Sequence record: PQ400058.1
Reading direction: 5' to 3' (one strand)
From: a phage
DNA length: 38,682 nt
How positions within the stretch are numbered: position 1 is the first letter of the stretch; every line of letters begins with the position of its first letter. A model generated the notes under the pieces. It did not search any database. It had not been told where the DNA came from and saw nothing but the letters and a program-made list of their open reading frames with translations. Positions 1-8,390 of the stretch are shown piece after piece. The translations under genes and the position numbers were made by a program.

Positions 1-1967
1 TGAATGGTATCTTCCAGCACTTGTTGGCGGAAGCCGAACTCTTTGGACCCGTAAGCCAGCGTCATGACTGAACGCTTAGTCACGCTGCGAGTAACACCAT
101 AAGCCAGCCACTGACCAGCCAGCGTCTTGGTGCCCAGTTTGACTTTCTCAGAGATTTCACCAGTGTTCTCATCGGTCACGGTAACTACTTCGTTGTCGGT
201 CCCGTTGATTACATCTTCTTGCAGAATCACGTTGACTTTCTTAGCGACAATCCCGTAGATGTCCTGAACTGTTTCGCTAGGCAGCAGGTTAACAGCGCGA
301 CCACCTATCTCATCAAGGAGCATCGCGGAGAAGTGTTGAATACCAGAGCAAGACCCATCGAACGCCAGCGGAAGAGAGCAGTTGTAGCTTAAGCCGTGGT
401 GCTGTACCCCAGCGTACTCAAAGCAGAACGCAAGGAAGCAGAACGGAGAATCTTGCTCAGCCCACCAAGTGTTCTCCAGTGGAGACTTAGCGCAAGCCAT
501 GATGTTCTCGTGGTTGTCCTCAATGAACTTTATGCGCTCAGGGAACGGAACCTTATCGACACCCGCACAGTTTGCACCGTGGATTTTCAGCCAGTAGTAA
601 CCTTCCTTGCCGATTGGTTTACCTTTCGCCAGAGTCAGCAGGCCCTTGGTCATATCGTTACCTTGCGGGTTGAACATTGACACAGCGTAAACACGACCGC
701 GCCAGTCCATGTTGTAAGGGAACCAGATGGCCTTATGGTTAGCGAACTTATTGGCTTGCTCAAGCATGAACTCAAGGCTGATACGGCGAGACTTGCGAGC
801 CTTGTCCTTGCGGTACACAGCGGCAGCGGCACGTTTCCATGCGGTGAGAGCCTCAGGATTCGTGTCGATGTCTTCCGGTTTCATCGGGAGTTCTTCACGC
901 TCAATCGCTGGGATGTCCTCGACCGGGCAGTGCTTCCACTTGGTGATGACGTTGGCGACCGCTAGGACTTTCTTGTTGATTTTCCATGCGGTGTTTTGCG
1001 CAATGTTAATCGCCTTGTACACCTCAGGCATGTAAACGTCTTCGTAGCGCATCAGTGCCTTCTTACTGTGAGTGCGCACCAGCGCCAGAGGACGACGACC
1101 GTTAGCCCAATAGCCGCCACCAGTAATACCAGTCCAAGGCTTAGGAGGAACCACGCAAGGTTGGAACATCGGAGAGATACCAGCCAGCGCACCTGCACGG
1201 GTTGCGATAGCCTCAGCGTATTCCGGTGCGAGTTCGATAGTCTCAGAGTCCTGACCAACTACGCCAGCATTTTGACGATGTAAGCTAACCATTCCGGTTG
1301 ACTCAATGAGCATCTCAATGCAGCGAACACCTACATGAATGGAGTCTTCCTTGTGCCATGAAGACCACGCCTCGCCACCTAGTAGACCCTTAGAGAGCAT
1401 ATCCGCTTCGACAACCTGCATGAATGCTTTCTTGTAGACGTGACCTACTCGCTTGTTGAGTTGTTCCTCAACGTTTTTCTTGAAGTGCTTAGCTTCAAGG
1501 TCACGGATTCGACCAAAGCGCGCCTCGTCCTCAATAGCTCGACCGATTGCACTTGCTACAGCCTGAACGGTTGTATTGTCTACGCTCGTGAGGCAAGCCA
1601 GAGTGGTCTTAATGGTGATGTACGCTACAGCTTCCGGCTTGATTTCTTGCAGGAACTGGAAGGCTGTCGGGCGTTTGCCGCGCTTAGCTTTCACTTCCTC
1701 GAACCAATCGTTGATGCGTGCAATCATCTTAGGGAGCAGGGTAGTAATGAGAGGCTTAGCGGCAGCGTTATCCGCAACCTCACCAGCTTTAAGTTGACGC
1801 TCAAACATCTTGCGGAAGCGTGCTTCGCCCATCTCGTAAGACTCATGCTCAAGGGCCAACTGTTCGCGAGCTAAACGCTCACCGTAATGGTCAGCCAGAG
1901 TATTGAACGGAATAGCAGCCAGTTCGATGTCAGAGAAGTCGTTCTTAGCGATGTTAATCGTGTTCAT
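1..1967 (-). CDS. 1: T7-type single-subunit RNA polymerase (gene 1), N-terminal ~656 codons; truncated by window start, continues at window end
   Basis: ATG at 1967 with GAGG RBS; own translation MNTINIAKNDFSDIELAAIPFNTLADHYGERLAREQ...; frame open to position 1 (...SVMTLAYGSKEFGFRQQVLEDTIQ). Not in ORF track because no stop in window. Confidence 0.93.
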   Translation of the reverse strand, partial: MNTINIAKNDFSDIELAAIPFNTLADHYGERLAREQLALEHESYEMGEARFRKMFERQLKAGEVADNAAAKPLITTLLPKMIARINDWFEEVKAKRGKRPTAFQFLQEIKPEAVAYITIKTTLACLTSVDNTTVQAVASAIGRAIEDEARFGRIRDLEAKHFKKNVEEQLNKRVGHVYKKAFMQVVEADMLSKGLLGGEAWSSWHKEDSIHVGVRCIEMLIESTGMVSLHRQNAGVVGQDSETIELAPEYAEAIATRAGALAGISPMFQPCVVPPKPWTGITGGGYWANGRRPLALVRTHSKKALMRYEDVYMPEVYKAINIAQNTAWKINKKVLAVANVITKWKHCPVEDIPAIEREELPMKPEDIDTNPEALTAWKRAAAAVYRKDKARKSRRISLEFMLEQANKFANHKAIWFPYNMDWRGRVYAVSMFNPQGNDMTKGLLTLAKGKPIGKEGYYWLKIHGANCAGVDKVPFPERIKFIEDNHENIMACAKSPLENTWWAEQDSPFCFLAFCFEYAGVQHHGLSYNCSLPLAFDGSCSGIQHFSAMLLDEIGGRAVNLLPSETVQDIYGIVAKKVNVILQEDVINGTDNEVVTVTDENTGEISEKVKLGTKTLAGQWLAYGVTRSVTKRSVMTLAYGSKEFGFRQQVLEDTI

Positions 1968-2037
1968 TTAGTGCCTCTTCCGGTTAGTAAATCGTACCTA
2001 TTCAGGCCACCCGCAGATGACCTGTAAGATAAGACTA

Positions 2038-3117
2038 TCAGCCCATTAGCATTGCGTCAAGTTTCTTGTCAATGTTAAGCGGAAGACCGTTAGCGATAGC
2101 CATCCGGTCAGCTTGGAACCAGTGCGCTGCGATTCGTTCCTCAAGCGCCTTAAAGTCCTTAGCTAACATGTTAACCCAGAGCATAGCGTTATCGGTCCTT
2201 CCTAGTACATCTACAGCTACCTCATGGTTACGTCGCTCTTGACGTTCAGCCATTCGCCACGCAGCAACCATTCGCTTGTGCTTCGCTTGGTGTGCTTTAC
2301 GCGCCTTGCGGTTACGGCGCTTTACTTTGCGTGCCTCCAATCGGCCAACATGGCGTACTTTACGGTCCTTAGCGCGGTCTATTGCCTTCTGGCGTGCGGC
2401 TTCCTCGACTTCCTTGATGAGTTCCTCAGGGTCAATGCTGAACGAGCCGCCATCTTTCTTCTGCGAGAATGACACGGGGTCGGTAATGAATGGCGTACCA
2501 TCGTCACTGAACATGATGTTACCGCTGTGCATGTCGAATGAAGCGATGCCCTCAAAGAACTTGCGGATTAGCTTGCAAGTCTCGACGAACTCGCCATCCC
2601 ATCCAGTTAACATATCGTGCGCATCTGATTTGCAGTCAATGATGTCGCTTGCAATCTCAGCGTATTTATAGTGCTCATCGTTATCGTAACGCTCGCAATC
2701 ATTCAGCGCATCGAGAACAACCGTGTAGCACCCAGCGTGACGCTGTACATCGTAGACGTTAGGGATACCAGCACGGCCCTGATACATGCGGCAGAATGCG
2801 GTATACGCAGCGCCTGAGTCCTCTTTCTTAAAGCCCACCTTAATCACTCTGTTGGGCAGCAGTGGATGACTATAAGCAGCCGAGAAGTGACCATTGCCAA
2901 GCATCTTGAAACCAGCGTCAGCAGTGAGACACTTCAAGGTAGTCCACCAATCTTGATGCTCAAGTGCCTGATTCAGTTCGGTTATCTCGCCATCGCATGT
3001 CTCGCTGTTTACCATCTCAACCAGTAAGTCGATAAGCATACTCTGACGCTTGTCAATTTCACAGATTGGCAGCGCTTTGATTGCGTCGATAGCGTTCATG
3101 ATGTCGGTAATGTTCAC
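2038..3117 (-). CDS. 0.7: gp0.7-like serine/threonine protein kinase (host transcription shutoff)
   Basis: Track ORF 2038..3174; likely start is GTG at 3117 ([14 protein letters not shown]...), giving 359 aa as in T7; ATG at 3099 is an alternative. Confidence 0.85.
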   Translation of the reverse strand: MNITDIMNAIDAIKALPICEIDKRQSMLIDLLVEMVNSETCDGEITELNQALEHQDWWTTLKCLTADAGFKMLGNGHFSAAYSHPLLPNRVIKVGFKKEDSGAAYTAFCRMYQGRAGIPNVYDVQRHAGCYTVVLDALNDCERYDNDEHYKYAEIASDIIDCKSDAHDMLTGWDGEFVETCKLIRKFFEGIASFDMHSGNIMFSDDGTPFITDPVSFSQKKDGGSFSIDPEELIKEVEEAARQKAIDRAKDRKVRHVGRLEARKVKRRNRKARKAHQAKHKRMVAAWRMAERQERRNHEVAVDVLGRTDNAMLWVNMLAKDFKALEERIAAHWFQADRMAIANGLPLNIDKKLDAMLMG

Positions 3118-3136
3118 TTTGTGTGCTCTCCAAAAG

Positions 3137-3289
3137 TTAGATTTTGTTAATCTTGCGGTTGATGCGCAGTTCACGCTTAAGGCGTTCGATTCGCTGTTTC
3201 ATTGCGAAACCATCAGGTGTGCATACAGTTGCCCCGTTGGACGTGTGGATAGGCATAACGTAGTGTTTCATACCATAGTGTTTCAGCAT
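3137..3289 (-). CDS. gp0.6-like small early protein ([50 protein letters not shown])
   Basis: In-frame ATGs at 3289 and 3271, stop TAA 3137-3139; GGGAG about 10 nt upstream of 3289; sits between 0.5 and 0.7 as in T7. Confidence 0.55.
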   Translation of the reverse strand: MLKHYGMKHYVMPIHTSNGATVCTPDGFAMKQRIERLKRELRINRKINKI

Positions 3290-3411
3290 TTGCGCAGTGC
3301 TCCCGTGACGATACAAGCTACCAAGTAAGCGCCTATAGCTACACCCAAAGACTCCCCAAAGGATGCGCCTACAGCTAGACCTAGAGCGGTGAGTAGACCG
3401 ATAGTAAGCAT
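3283..3411 (-). CDS. gp0.5-like small hydrophobic protein ([42 protein letters not shown], 42 aa)
   Basis: ATG at 3411 with GGGAG 8 nt upstream (alternative ATG 3417), stop TGA 3283-3285; below track size cutoff, translated by hand. Confidence 0.6.
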   Translation of the reverse strand: MLTIGLLTALGLAVGASFGESLGVAIGAYLVACIVTGALRKC

Positions 3412-3431
3412 ATTCATTACTCCCGTAAGTA

Positions 3432-3475
3432 AAGTGATAATCATAAAGGCCACTCGCTAGGAGCGACCTTGAGCC
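3432..3475 (-). promoter_or_regulatory. RNase III-type processing site (R0.5-like)
   Basis: Contains the recurrent CTCAAGGTCGCTCCTAGCGAGTGGCCTTTATGAT element (minus-strand reading); position matches T7 R0.5. Confidence 0.5.
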
Positions 3476-3477
3476 TA

Positions 3478-3633
3478 TCACTCAGCAGATTCCAAAGCTA
3501 TTGCCTTGTTGTTTTCGTACAGTTCCTTGAGTTGTACCATTGCGAGCGACCAATTGAAGCCACAGCGCACCATGTCACTATAAAACAGTACAGTTTGAGC
3601 GGTCAGACCGTATTGCGTGGTGTTGTTAGTCAT
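3478..3633 (-). CDS. 0.4: gp0.4 (FtsZ-binding cell division inhibitor in T7), 51 aa
   Basis: Hand translation [51 protein letters not shown]; ATG 3633 overlaps the TAA of 0.3 (TAATG); stop TGA 3478-3480. Confidence 0.8.
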   Translation of the reverse strand: MTNNTTQYGLTAQTVLFYSDMVRCGFNWSLAMVQLKELYENNKAIALESAE

Positions 3634-3983
3634 TACTCTTCATCCTCCTCTTCTGCGACTTCCTCAAGGTACTCGTTCAGTAAGTCCTCAGCGTCTTCCC
3701 AGAGGTCAATCGTGAGTTGCTCATAGATGCGAGCTTGCAGGATGCGAATCACGTCCTTGGTGTCCGGCATAAGACCAGAGTCCTCGAACTCAAGATCAAT
3801 GCCCTCGCTTGCCATTACGCTGAAAATGTCGCTGTAGTAGTGCGGAACGGCGCTATCGGCAGCCATGTGAACAGCATCATGCAGGTCATCAGTGTCGCGG
3901 ATGTCATCATAACGGATGTTTTCTTTCAGCATTTCGTAAGCGTGGTCGAAAACGTTGTTGTAAGTCATGTTAGACATAGCCAT
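3633..3983 (-). CDS. ocr: Ocr (gp0.3) DNA-mimic anti-restriction protein
   Basis: Track ORF 116 aa [36 protein letters not shown]...EEDEE, acidic C-terminus; first gene after the early promoters. Confidence 0.95.
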   Translation of the reverse strand: MAMSNMTYNNVFDHAYEMLKENIRYDDIRDTDDLHDAVHMAADSAVPHYYSDIFSVMASEGIDLEFEDSGLMPDTKDVIRILQARIYEQLTIDLWEDAEDLLNEYLEEVAEEEDEE

Positions 3984-4004
3984 CTTGTGTTACCTCGTGC
4001 AGTT

Positions 4005-4060
4005 GTTAGTGAATATCATAAAGGGCACCTTGCGATACCCTTGAGTTATCCGCTATTCAT
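4005..4060 (-). promoter_or_regulatory. RNase III-type site upstream of gene 0.3 (R0.3-like)
   Basis: ATCATAAAGGGCACCTTGCGATACCCTTGAG element resembling the other putative RNase III sites. Confidence 0.4.
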
Positions 4061-4168
4061 GCACTCAAGAGCTATTTACCAGATTGTTAAAGAGCGTCTT
4101 TGGTCAGGTTTCGTTAGACCGCATCACCTTTCAGTGTGGTGACTCACTGTTCCGTCATTTCGTGGTAC

Positions 4169-4197
4169 ATCGTACCGTGTTTACTTCATGTTGTCAA
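4169..4197 (-). promoter_or_regulatory. Host sigma70-type early promoter A3-like
   Basis: Minus strand TTGACA (4197..4192), 17-nt spacer, TACGAT (4174..4169). Confidence 0.65.
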
Positions 4198-4301
4198 CCG
4201 TTTTGTTTCACCTTATGTGCCGTGGTGCGCTTAAGTCACCTAGAAGACACCGTGCGTCCGGTTGACGCTGCTAGTGTTGCTAGTGTTACCTAGCGATTTG
4301 T

Positions 4302-4331
4302 ATCTTACTGCATGTTACTTCGTGTTGTCAA
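4302..4331 (-). promoter_or_regulatory. Host sigma70-type early promoter A2-like
   Basis: Minus strand TTGACA (4331..4326), 18-nt spacer, TAAGAT (4307..4302). Confidence 0.65.
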
Positions 4332-4429
4332 TGCCTGTTTTTCGTATGACTTATCAGGCTGTCTACTTATCCGGTTGACCCCGGTATCTCAGGGAGTGGA
4401 TTTAGTCCGTTGTCCCGTTGACGAGATGA

Positions 4430-4458
4430 ATAGTAATCCCTAGGACTCTTTAAGTCAA
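4430..4458 (-). promoter_or_regulatory. Host sigma70-type early promoter A1-like
   Basis: Minus strand TTGACT (4458..4453), 17-nt spacer, TACTAT (4435..4430). Confidence 0.65.
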
Positions 4459-4511
4459 TACTCTTTTTAATAAATTCTCAAATTAATCTCTTTAAGGGTC
4501 TTTAAGTGGTA

Positions 4512-4534
4512 TCTCCTTATAGTGAGTCGTATTA
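4512..4534 (-). promoter_or_regulatory. T7 RNAP promoter phiOL-like
   Basis: Minus strand TAATACGACTCACTATAAGGAGA, a 23-bp T7 promoter consensus variant. Confidence 0.85.
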
Positions 4535-4581
4535 ATAAAGACAATGATTGAAGACTATCTCTCTATAGATAACAACAAGGC

Positions 4582-4665
4582 GTCTTTAGGATGGTCTTTA
4601 GGATGGTCTTTAGGATGGTCTTTAGGATGGTCTTTAGGATGGTCTTTAGGATTATCTTTAAGATA
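4582..4665. repeat. Tandem array of 12-bp unit GTCTTTAGGATG (5 perfect, 2 degenerate copies)
   Basis: Direct reading: units at 4582, 4594, 4606, 4618, 4630, then degenerate copies to 4665. Confidence 0.9.
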
Positions 4666-4714
4666 GGGATTGACTGAATGGGTCTTTAAGTGTATTCTTT
4701 AGGCTGTAGACGGT

Positions 4715-4746
4715 AGGAGGTGACTTTAGGAGGTGACTTTAGGAGG
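4715..4746. repeat. Direct repeat AGGAGGTGACTTT x2 plus partial third copy
   Basis: Copies at 4715-4727 and 4728-4740, then AGGAGGCTGA. Confidence 0.8.
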
Positions 4747-4756
4747 CTGAACAGAT

Positions 4757-4902
4757 AGGGACAAGAAGAGACACCAAAAGGTAAACCCAAGGGTCAACCC
4801 CAACCCTTAGGGACCCTCAAAGTCAACTGAAAGTTGACTCAAGGTGATTGGCTGGACTTTAGGGACCCCTATGGGGGAACTTTAGGTCCGTAAACTGTGA
4901 GA
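4757..4902 (-). repeat. Genome terminal repeat, single collapsed copy at the concatemer or circular-assembly junction (boundaries approximate)
   Basis: Minus strand from 4902 reads TCTCACAGTTTACGGACCTAAAGTTCCCCCATAGGGG..., matching the recalled T7 left terminus; right-end unique sequence abuts at 4903. Confidence 0.6.
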
Positions 4903-5142
4903 TAGTCACTCAGATTTTTATGGTATATTTTAAAGGACCCTCTAGGAACTCCCTATGCCCTCTCTAAGACCCTCTTTAGGTTCCACTGATAGGAGGGCCT
5001 ATCTTTAGGTATAGACCTTACGGATAGACCATTAGAGGCTCTTTATGGGTATACCTTAAGACTTGACTCTATAGGGATGAAGTGGTGTGATGCAATCATA
5101 CCGCTGAATCCCTCGGTGAGCCATCAGTCGGTCAGGAAGACC

Positions 5143-5292
5143 CTAATCGCTACAAGTGAGTAGAGAGCAAACTGTAGACTCCAGTGAACTGAGGTCTCCA
5201 GTAAGAGATGCGTACCCAAGGGCAGCACAAAGTACCACAAGAAATCGGTAGGTGACTCTATGCCGCAACAAGGTCAACAATAAGCGGAACAT
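5143..5292 (-). CDS. 19.5: gp19.5-like small protein, 49 aa
   Basis: Hand translation MFRLLLTLLRHRVTYRFLVVLCAALGYASLTGDLSSLESTVCSLLTCSD; ATG 5292 with AAGGAGGG RBS; downstream of phiOR. Confidence 0.75.
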   Translation of the reverse strand: MFRLLLTLLRHRVTYRFLVVLCAALGYASLTGDLSSLESTVCSLLTCSD

Positions 5293-5446
5293 GAGTCTCC
5301 CTCCTTTATGTTGGTCTTTAAGTTAAGGTGATATTAATACAATATAATCACCATTCTTGGAGGTCACTTTAGGTACACCATTATGCATACTTTATGCACT
5401 CTATAAGTATTCATTCAGTATCTATATAGTAACCTTTCGTCCCTCC

Positions 5447-5469
5447 TCTCCCTATAGTGAGTCGTATTA
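5447..5469 (-). promoter_or_regulatory. T7 RNAP promoter phiOR-like
   Basis: Minus strand TAATACGACTCACTATAGGGAGA (exact consensus). Confidence 0.9.
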
Positions 5470-5550
5470 ATTTATCGTGTCTTTTCAGTAACTTAAAGAA
5501 CTGACCATCCGTGGTCTATAGTGCATCCCTATGCAGTCTCAGTGAATAAA

Positions 5551-7311
5551 TCACCACTCAATGAAAGACGTACCGTAACCCTCATCGTCCTCAGAGTATA
5601 CATCAACTCCTCCCACAGACATCTCAATGATGTGCGTAGCAGCGACCGTAGGGCGCATCATGTGCTCCTCAAGGAAGTCAGCAAGCACTTCACCTTCTAC
5701 CTTAACGGAATCCAACTGCATGGACTCGCGGAGATACTCAATGCCTAACGCAAGGGCATCCAATCGGTCATCATGTGCCAGAGCGCCTTTCTCACGAGTG
5801 ATACGGGTCATCTGGTAGAACAGTGAATACTTAACGTCATGCTTACCGTCTACGTCACGAGCGGACTGGTAGTCGGCCCTAATGACCTCATCACGAATGA
5901 CAAGGCGGTGAGTCTGCATGACTGGCTCAAGGGTATCACAAATACGCATCTCCTTCATACCACGAGCACGAATCTCCTCCATTGCACAGTTGTGGTGTTT
6001 AAGAAGGATAGGACTGAACACCTTACCAAACATGCCGTCACCGAAGTTACTCTCATAGACGACCGTCTGGACTCCCCATTGCTTAGCTTTCCTAGCGAGC
6101 AACTCAAGGGTCTTATCGGAGTAACCATCGCGGAAACCTCCAGCTTCCATTAGGTAGATGTAACCGTTCAGGGTGAACAGCACAGCGTAACCTGTTTCGT
6201 CCTTACCGCGACCACTAGGGTCAATGACCAGAATCTTCTGTTGGTACTGACCAGAGTTGTTGGAGCAATCATGGTAAGTATGCAGGTCATCACCCTTAAG
6301 GCCAACGTTAGGAAGGTCCTCAATGATGTTCTGACGGTTCGGAAGCCATTGGTAATGCATTGGAGCCTTCTCTAAGTCTAAGGCCGCTACGATAGCGTCA
6401 CGGAGCCTCAGAGGGTACTTCTCGGCATCACTCAGGTTCGGGTTAAGCATGAACTGTAGTGTGAAGCCAGCCTTACCGTATTCCAACTCACGCTCACGGA
6501 GGTCCTCTCGGTCGAAGCGCACAGGGTCCGTAGGAGTCCCGGCGAGGGCCTCAGGGTTCTCATCGTACTCAGCACGTAGCATAGGGGCAAGTCGCTGTGC
6601 GTAATAGAGGTTCTCTTCGCGAGTCCTTGGGTACAGAGCAGGCCAGATGATAGTGGTATACCCACGGTTATCCTCAAGTTCCTTATAGAGAGTCATCTCG
6701 GTCTGAGGTGTGCCAAGGTAGATAACACGAGAGGAAGGCAGCGGTTTAAGCAACGCAGCGAACTCCTGAACTAGAGTCCATAGCTTCTCACGGGCACCCA
6801 TAGTCGCACTGTTAGACGGAATCTCAACATCATCCGCAATGATAATGTCAGCACGGCTACCAGTTAACTGACCAGTGATACCTACCGATTTTACACTAGG
6901 AGAGTGGTCAGGGTTAGCTGGACCTACATCAAAGCTAATTACAGAATCACGCTGTCCGGGTCTTGGCTTCAATTCAGCAAGGAAAGGCAGCAGGTCAATG
7001 ATGTTCTTAATGAAGATGGAGTTAGCGTCTGCACGTTCCTTAGAGGCTGATACGATGAGTATCTTCAACTGAGGGTCTCTCCATAAGGACCACACAACGA
7101 ACGCACATGTGATGAACGACTTACCTATACCACGGAAAGCCTGTAGGATGAACTTCTTGTTGTCCCCATTCGCCAGTACCTTAGCCATGTCAATCTGACA
7201 CTTAGTGGGCACCGGAAGGTTTAACGCCTTCCACAATACGAACAGGAAGGCCACGAAGTCTCCTTTCAGTTGCGCCACTACGAGCGCATTACGATTGGAT
7301 TGAGTAGACAC
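5551..7311 (-). CDS. 19: Terminase large subunit (gp19)
   Basis: Track ORF 586 aa [22 protein letters not shown]...; GTG start at 7311 after TAAGGAGGT; same length as T7 gp19. Confidence 0.93.
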   Translation of the reverse strand: MSTQSNRNALVVAQLKGDFVAFLFVLWKALNLPVPTKCQIDMAKVLANGDNKKFILQAFRGIGKSFITCAFVVWSLWRDPQLKILIVSASKERADANSIFIKNIIDLLPFLAELKPRPGQRDSVISFDVGPANPDHSPSVKSVGITGQLTGSRADIIIADDVEIPSNSATMGAREKLWTLVQEFAALLKPLPSSRVIYLGTPQTEMTLYKELEDNRGYTTIIWPALYPRTREENLYYAQRLAPMLRAEYDENPEALAGTPTDPVRFDREDLRERELEYGKAGFTLQFMLNPNLSDAEKYPLRLRDAIVAALDLEKAPMHYQWLPNRQNIIEDLPNVGLKGDDLHTYHDCSNNSGQYQQKILVIDPSGRGKDETGYAVLFTLNGYIYLMEAGGFRDGYSDKTLELLARKAKQWGVQTVVYESNFGDGMFGKVFSPILLKHHNCAMEEIRARGMKEMRICDTLEPVMQTHRLVIRDEVIRADYQSARDVDGKHDVKYSLFYQMTRITREKGALAHDDRLDALALGIEYLRESMQLDSVKVEGEVLADFLEEHMMRPTVAATHIIEMSVGGVDVYSEDDEGYGTSFIEW

Positions 7312-7320
7312 ATTACCTCC

Positions 7321-7764
7321 TTACTTGGTTTCCTGCTTACGTTGCAGTTCACGAATAGTATCCTGTAACGCACGAATCCATGCGTCACCCTTCTGGGTCA
7401 CTGCGAGAATACGCTTAGCATCTCGGTCGTCAAGTTCGGCTCGACCATCAGGCTCGAATCCACACTGACCATCGGAGGCTCCGGTAGTTTTGACTCTGAC
7501 GCGCAGCCGCTTATTGTCGCTACGCAAATCAGAAATAATCCTATCAGTGCTCCCTTCCAGCGCGGCAAGGTCTTCTTGATACTTAGCCGATATTTCATTG
7601 AGCGCTCTTTGAGTGCTCGCCGTAGCCTCAACTCTCTTAACGTACTCATTGAGTACCTCCTGTTTCCATTTAGCGTCCATTGAGTCTGACCCTAGATGCC
7701 ATCCTAATCCGAATAGCATCCCAGCGAGAACCCAAGGGATTAGCTTACGTAAAAATTCCAGCAT
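7321..7764 (-). CDS. 18.5: Rz-like i-spanin (gp18.5)
   Basis: Track ORF trimmed to ATG 7764 (MLEFLRKLIPWVLAGMLFGLGWHLG...), GGGAGG RBS 5 nt upstream. Confidence 0.85.
   Translation of the reverse strand: MLEFLRKLIPWVLAGMLFGLGWHLGSDSMDAKWKQEVLNEYVKRVEATASTQRALNEISAKYQEDLAALEGSTDRIISDLRSDNKRLRVRVKTTGASDGQCGFEPDGRAELDDRDAKRILAVTQKGDAWIRALQDTIRELQRKQETK
7398..7649 (-). CDS. 18.7: Rz1-like o-spanin lipoprotein (gp18.7), nested in the +1 frame of 18.5
   Basis: Track ORF 83 aa MSTLRELRLRRALKERS...LICVATISGCASES (lipobox-like); lies entirely within 18.5. Confidence 0.8.
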   Translation of the reverse strand: MSTLRELRLRRALKERSMKYRLSIKKTLPRWKGALIGLFLICVATISGCASESKLPEPPMVSVDSSLMVEPNLTTEMLSVFSQ

Positions 7765-7799
7765 AATGCCTCCCGTTAACTTGCAGATTTCACGTGGGA

Positions 7800-7858
7800 T
7801 CATCTCGTGTAGACAATGACATCCATAAAGACCACTATAGGTAGTGGCCTTGAGTATA
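7800..7858 (-). promoter_or_regulatory. RNase III-type site (R18.5-like)
   Basis: CCATAAAGACCACTATAGGTAGTGGCCTTGAG element between gene 18 and 18.5. Confidence 0.4.
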
Positions 7859-8128
7859 TCACTGTAATGTGTAAATATCGTCATCTGTAAGACCGTTATC
7901 ACCGACTTTCTCTTTGTACTCTTCAAGAGCACCAGCAAGTCCACCCAAGATGTGAACATCCGGCTGCAACTTACCAATCTGGAACTTGTGTCGGTCTAAC
8001 AGTTTATTGATGGCGTTATAGAGTTGTGGAGAACGACGCTCAGGGTCCGAAAGGTCCGCAAGCATACGCTGAGCCATCGCAGTGTCCAACATCTCTAAGA
8101 ACGTAATTAGGCTCTTATCCTTTTCCAT
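7859..8128 (-). CDS. 18: Terminase small subunit / DNA maturation protein (gp18)
   Basis: ATG 8128 (MEKDKSLITFLEMLDTAMAQRM...), AGGAG 8 nt upstream; 89 aa. Confidence 0.88.
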   Translation of the reverse strand: MEKDKSLITFLEMLDTAMAQRMLADLSDPERRSPQLYNAINKLLDRHKFQIGKLQPDVHILGGLAGALEEYKEKVGDNGLTDDDIYTLQ

Positions 8129-8133
8129 ATACA

Positions 8134-8337
8134 TCACTCCTTATTGGCTTTCTTCCAGTCAATCATCTTATCGACTACCTTGGCACCAATCTGAACCACT
8201 GTGTAGGCGATAGCGGCAATATAGAACCACTCATTAAGACTCAGCCCGAAGAAAAGCCTCGCAGCACCATCAGCCACACCTGTTCCAACAATAGGTGCAG
8301 CCTTGACTAACTCGTTGTTAAAATCCAAAGACAGCAT
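8134..8337 (-). CDS. 17.5: Holin (gp17.5)
   Basis: Track ORF 67 aa MLSLDFNNELVKAAPIVGTGVADGAARLFFGLSLNEWFYIAAIAYTVVQIGAKVV... with hydrophobic segments. Confidence 0.88.
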   Translation of the reverse strand: MLSLDFNNELVKAAPIVGTGVADGAARLFFGLSLNEWFYIAAIAYTVVQIGAKVVDKMIDWKKANKE

Positions 8338-8390
8338 GTATCCTCCTTATAAGGTCCATCCGTGGACTGAATGGCTTTCCTAGGTTGTAA

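Noticed and set aside
396-1874. Plus-strand ORFs (396..680, 727..1035, 1440..1874 and others) within the first 2 kb
   Set aside because: They are antisense to the RNA polymerase gene, which is continuously open on the minus strand; T7-like genomes are transcribed in one direction only
1968-2037. Host promoter C or RNase III site R1 upstream of gene 1
   Set aside because: Expected by synteny, but I could not identify convincing -35/-10 elements or the conserved RNase III motif in this 70-nt interval
4582-4665. Possible CRISPR array (regular short direct repeats)
   Set aside because: The 12-bp units are contiguous with no spacers and sit in the phage terminal region; this is a simple tandem repeat
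7321-7977. Track ORFs with long N-terminal extensions (7321..7977, 17545..18036, 27737..28177, 30189..30707, 33922..34704, 34686..34949, 2038..3174, 25757..26044)
   Set aside because: The extensions run through the upstream gene or promoter using alternative start codons; the true starts are the internal ATG or GTG codons with an RBS that reproduce T7-length proteins
8338-8390. Possible intrinsic terminator after the Tfa-like gene
   Set aside because: Only a 5-bp stem with no following U tract; reported as a small conserved hairpin instead
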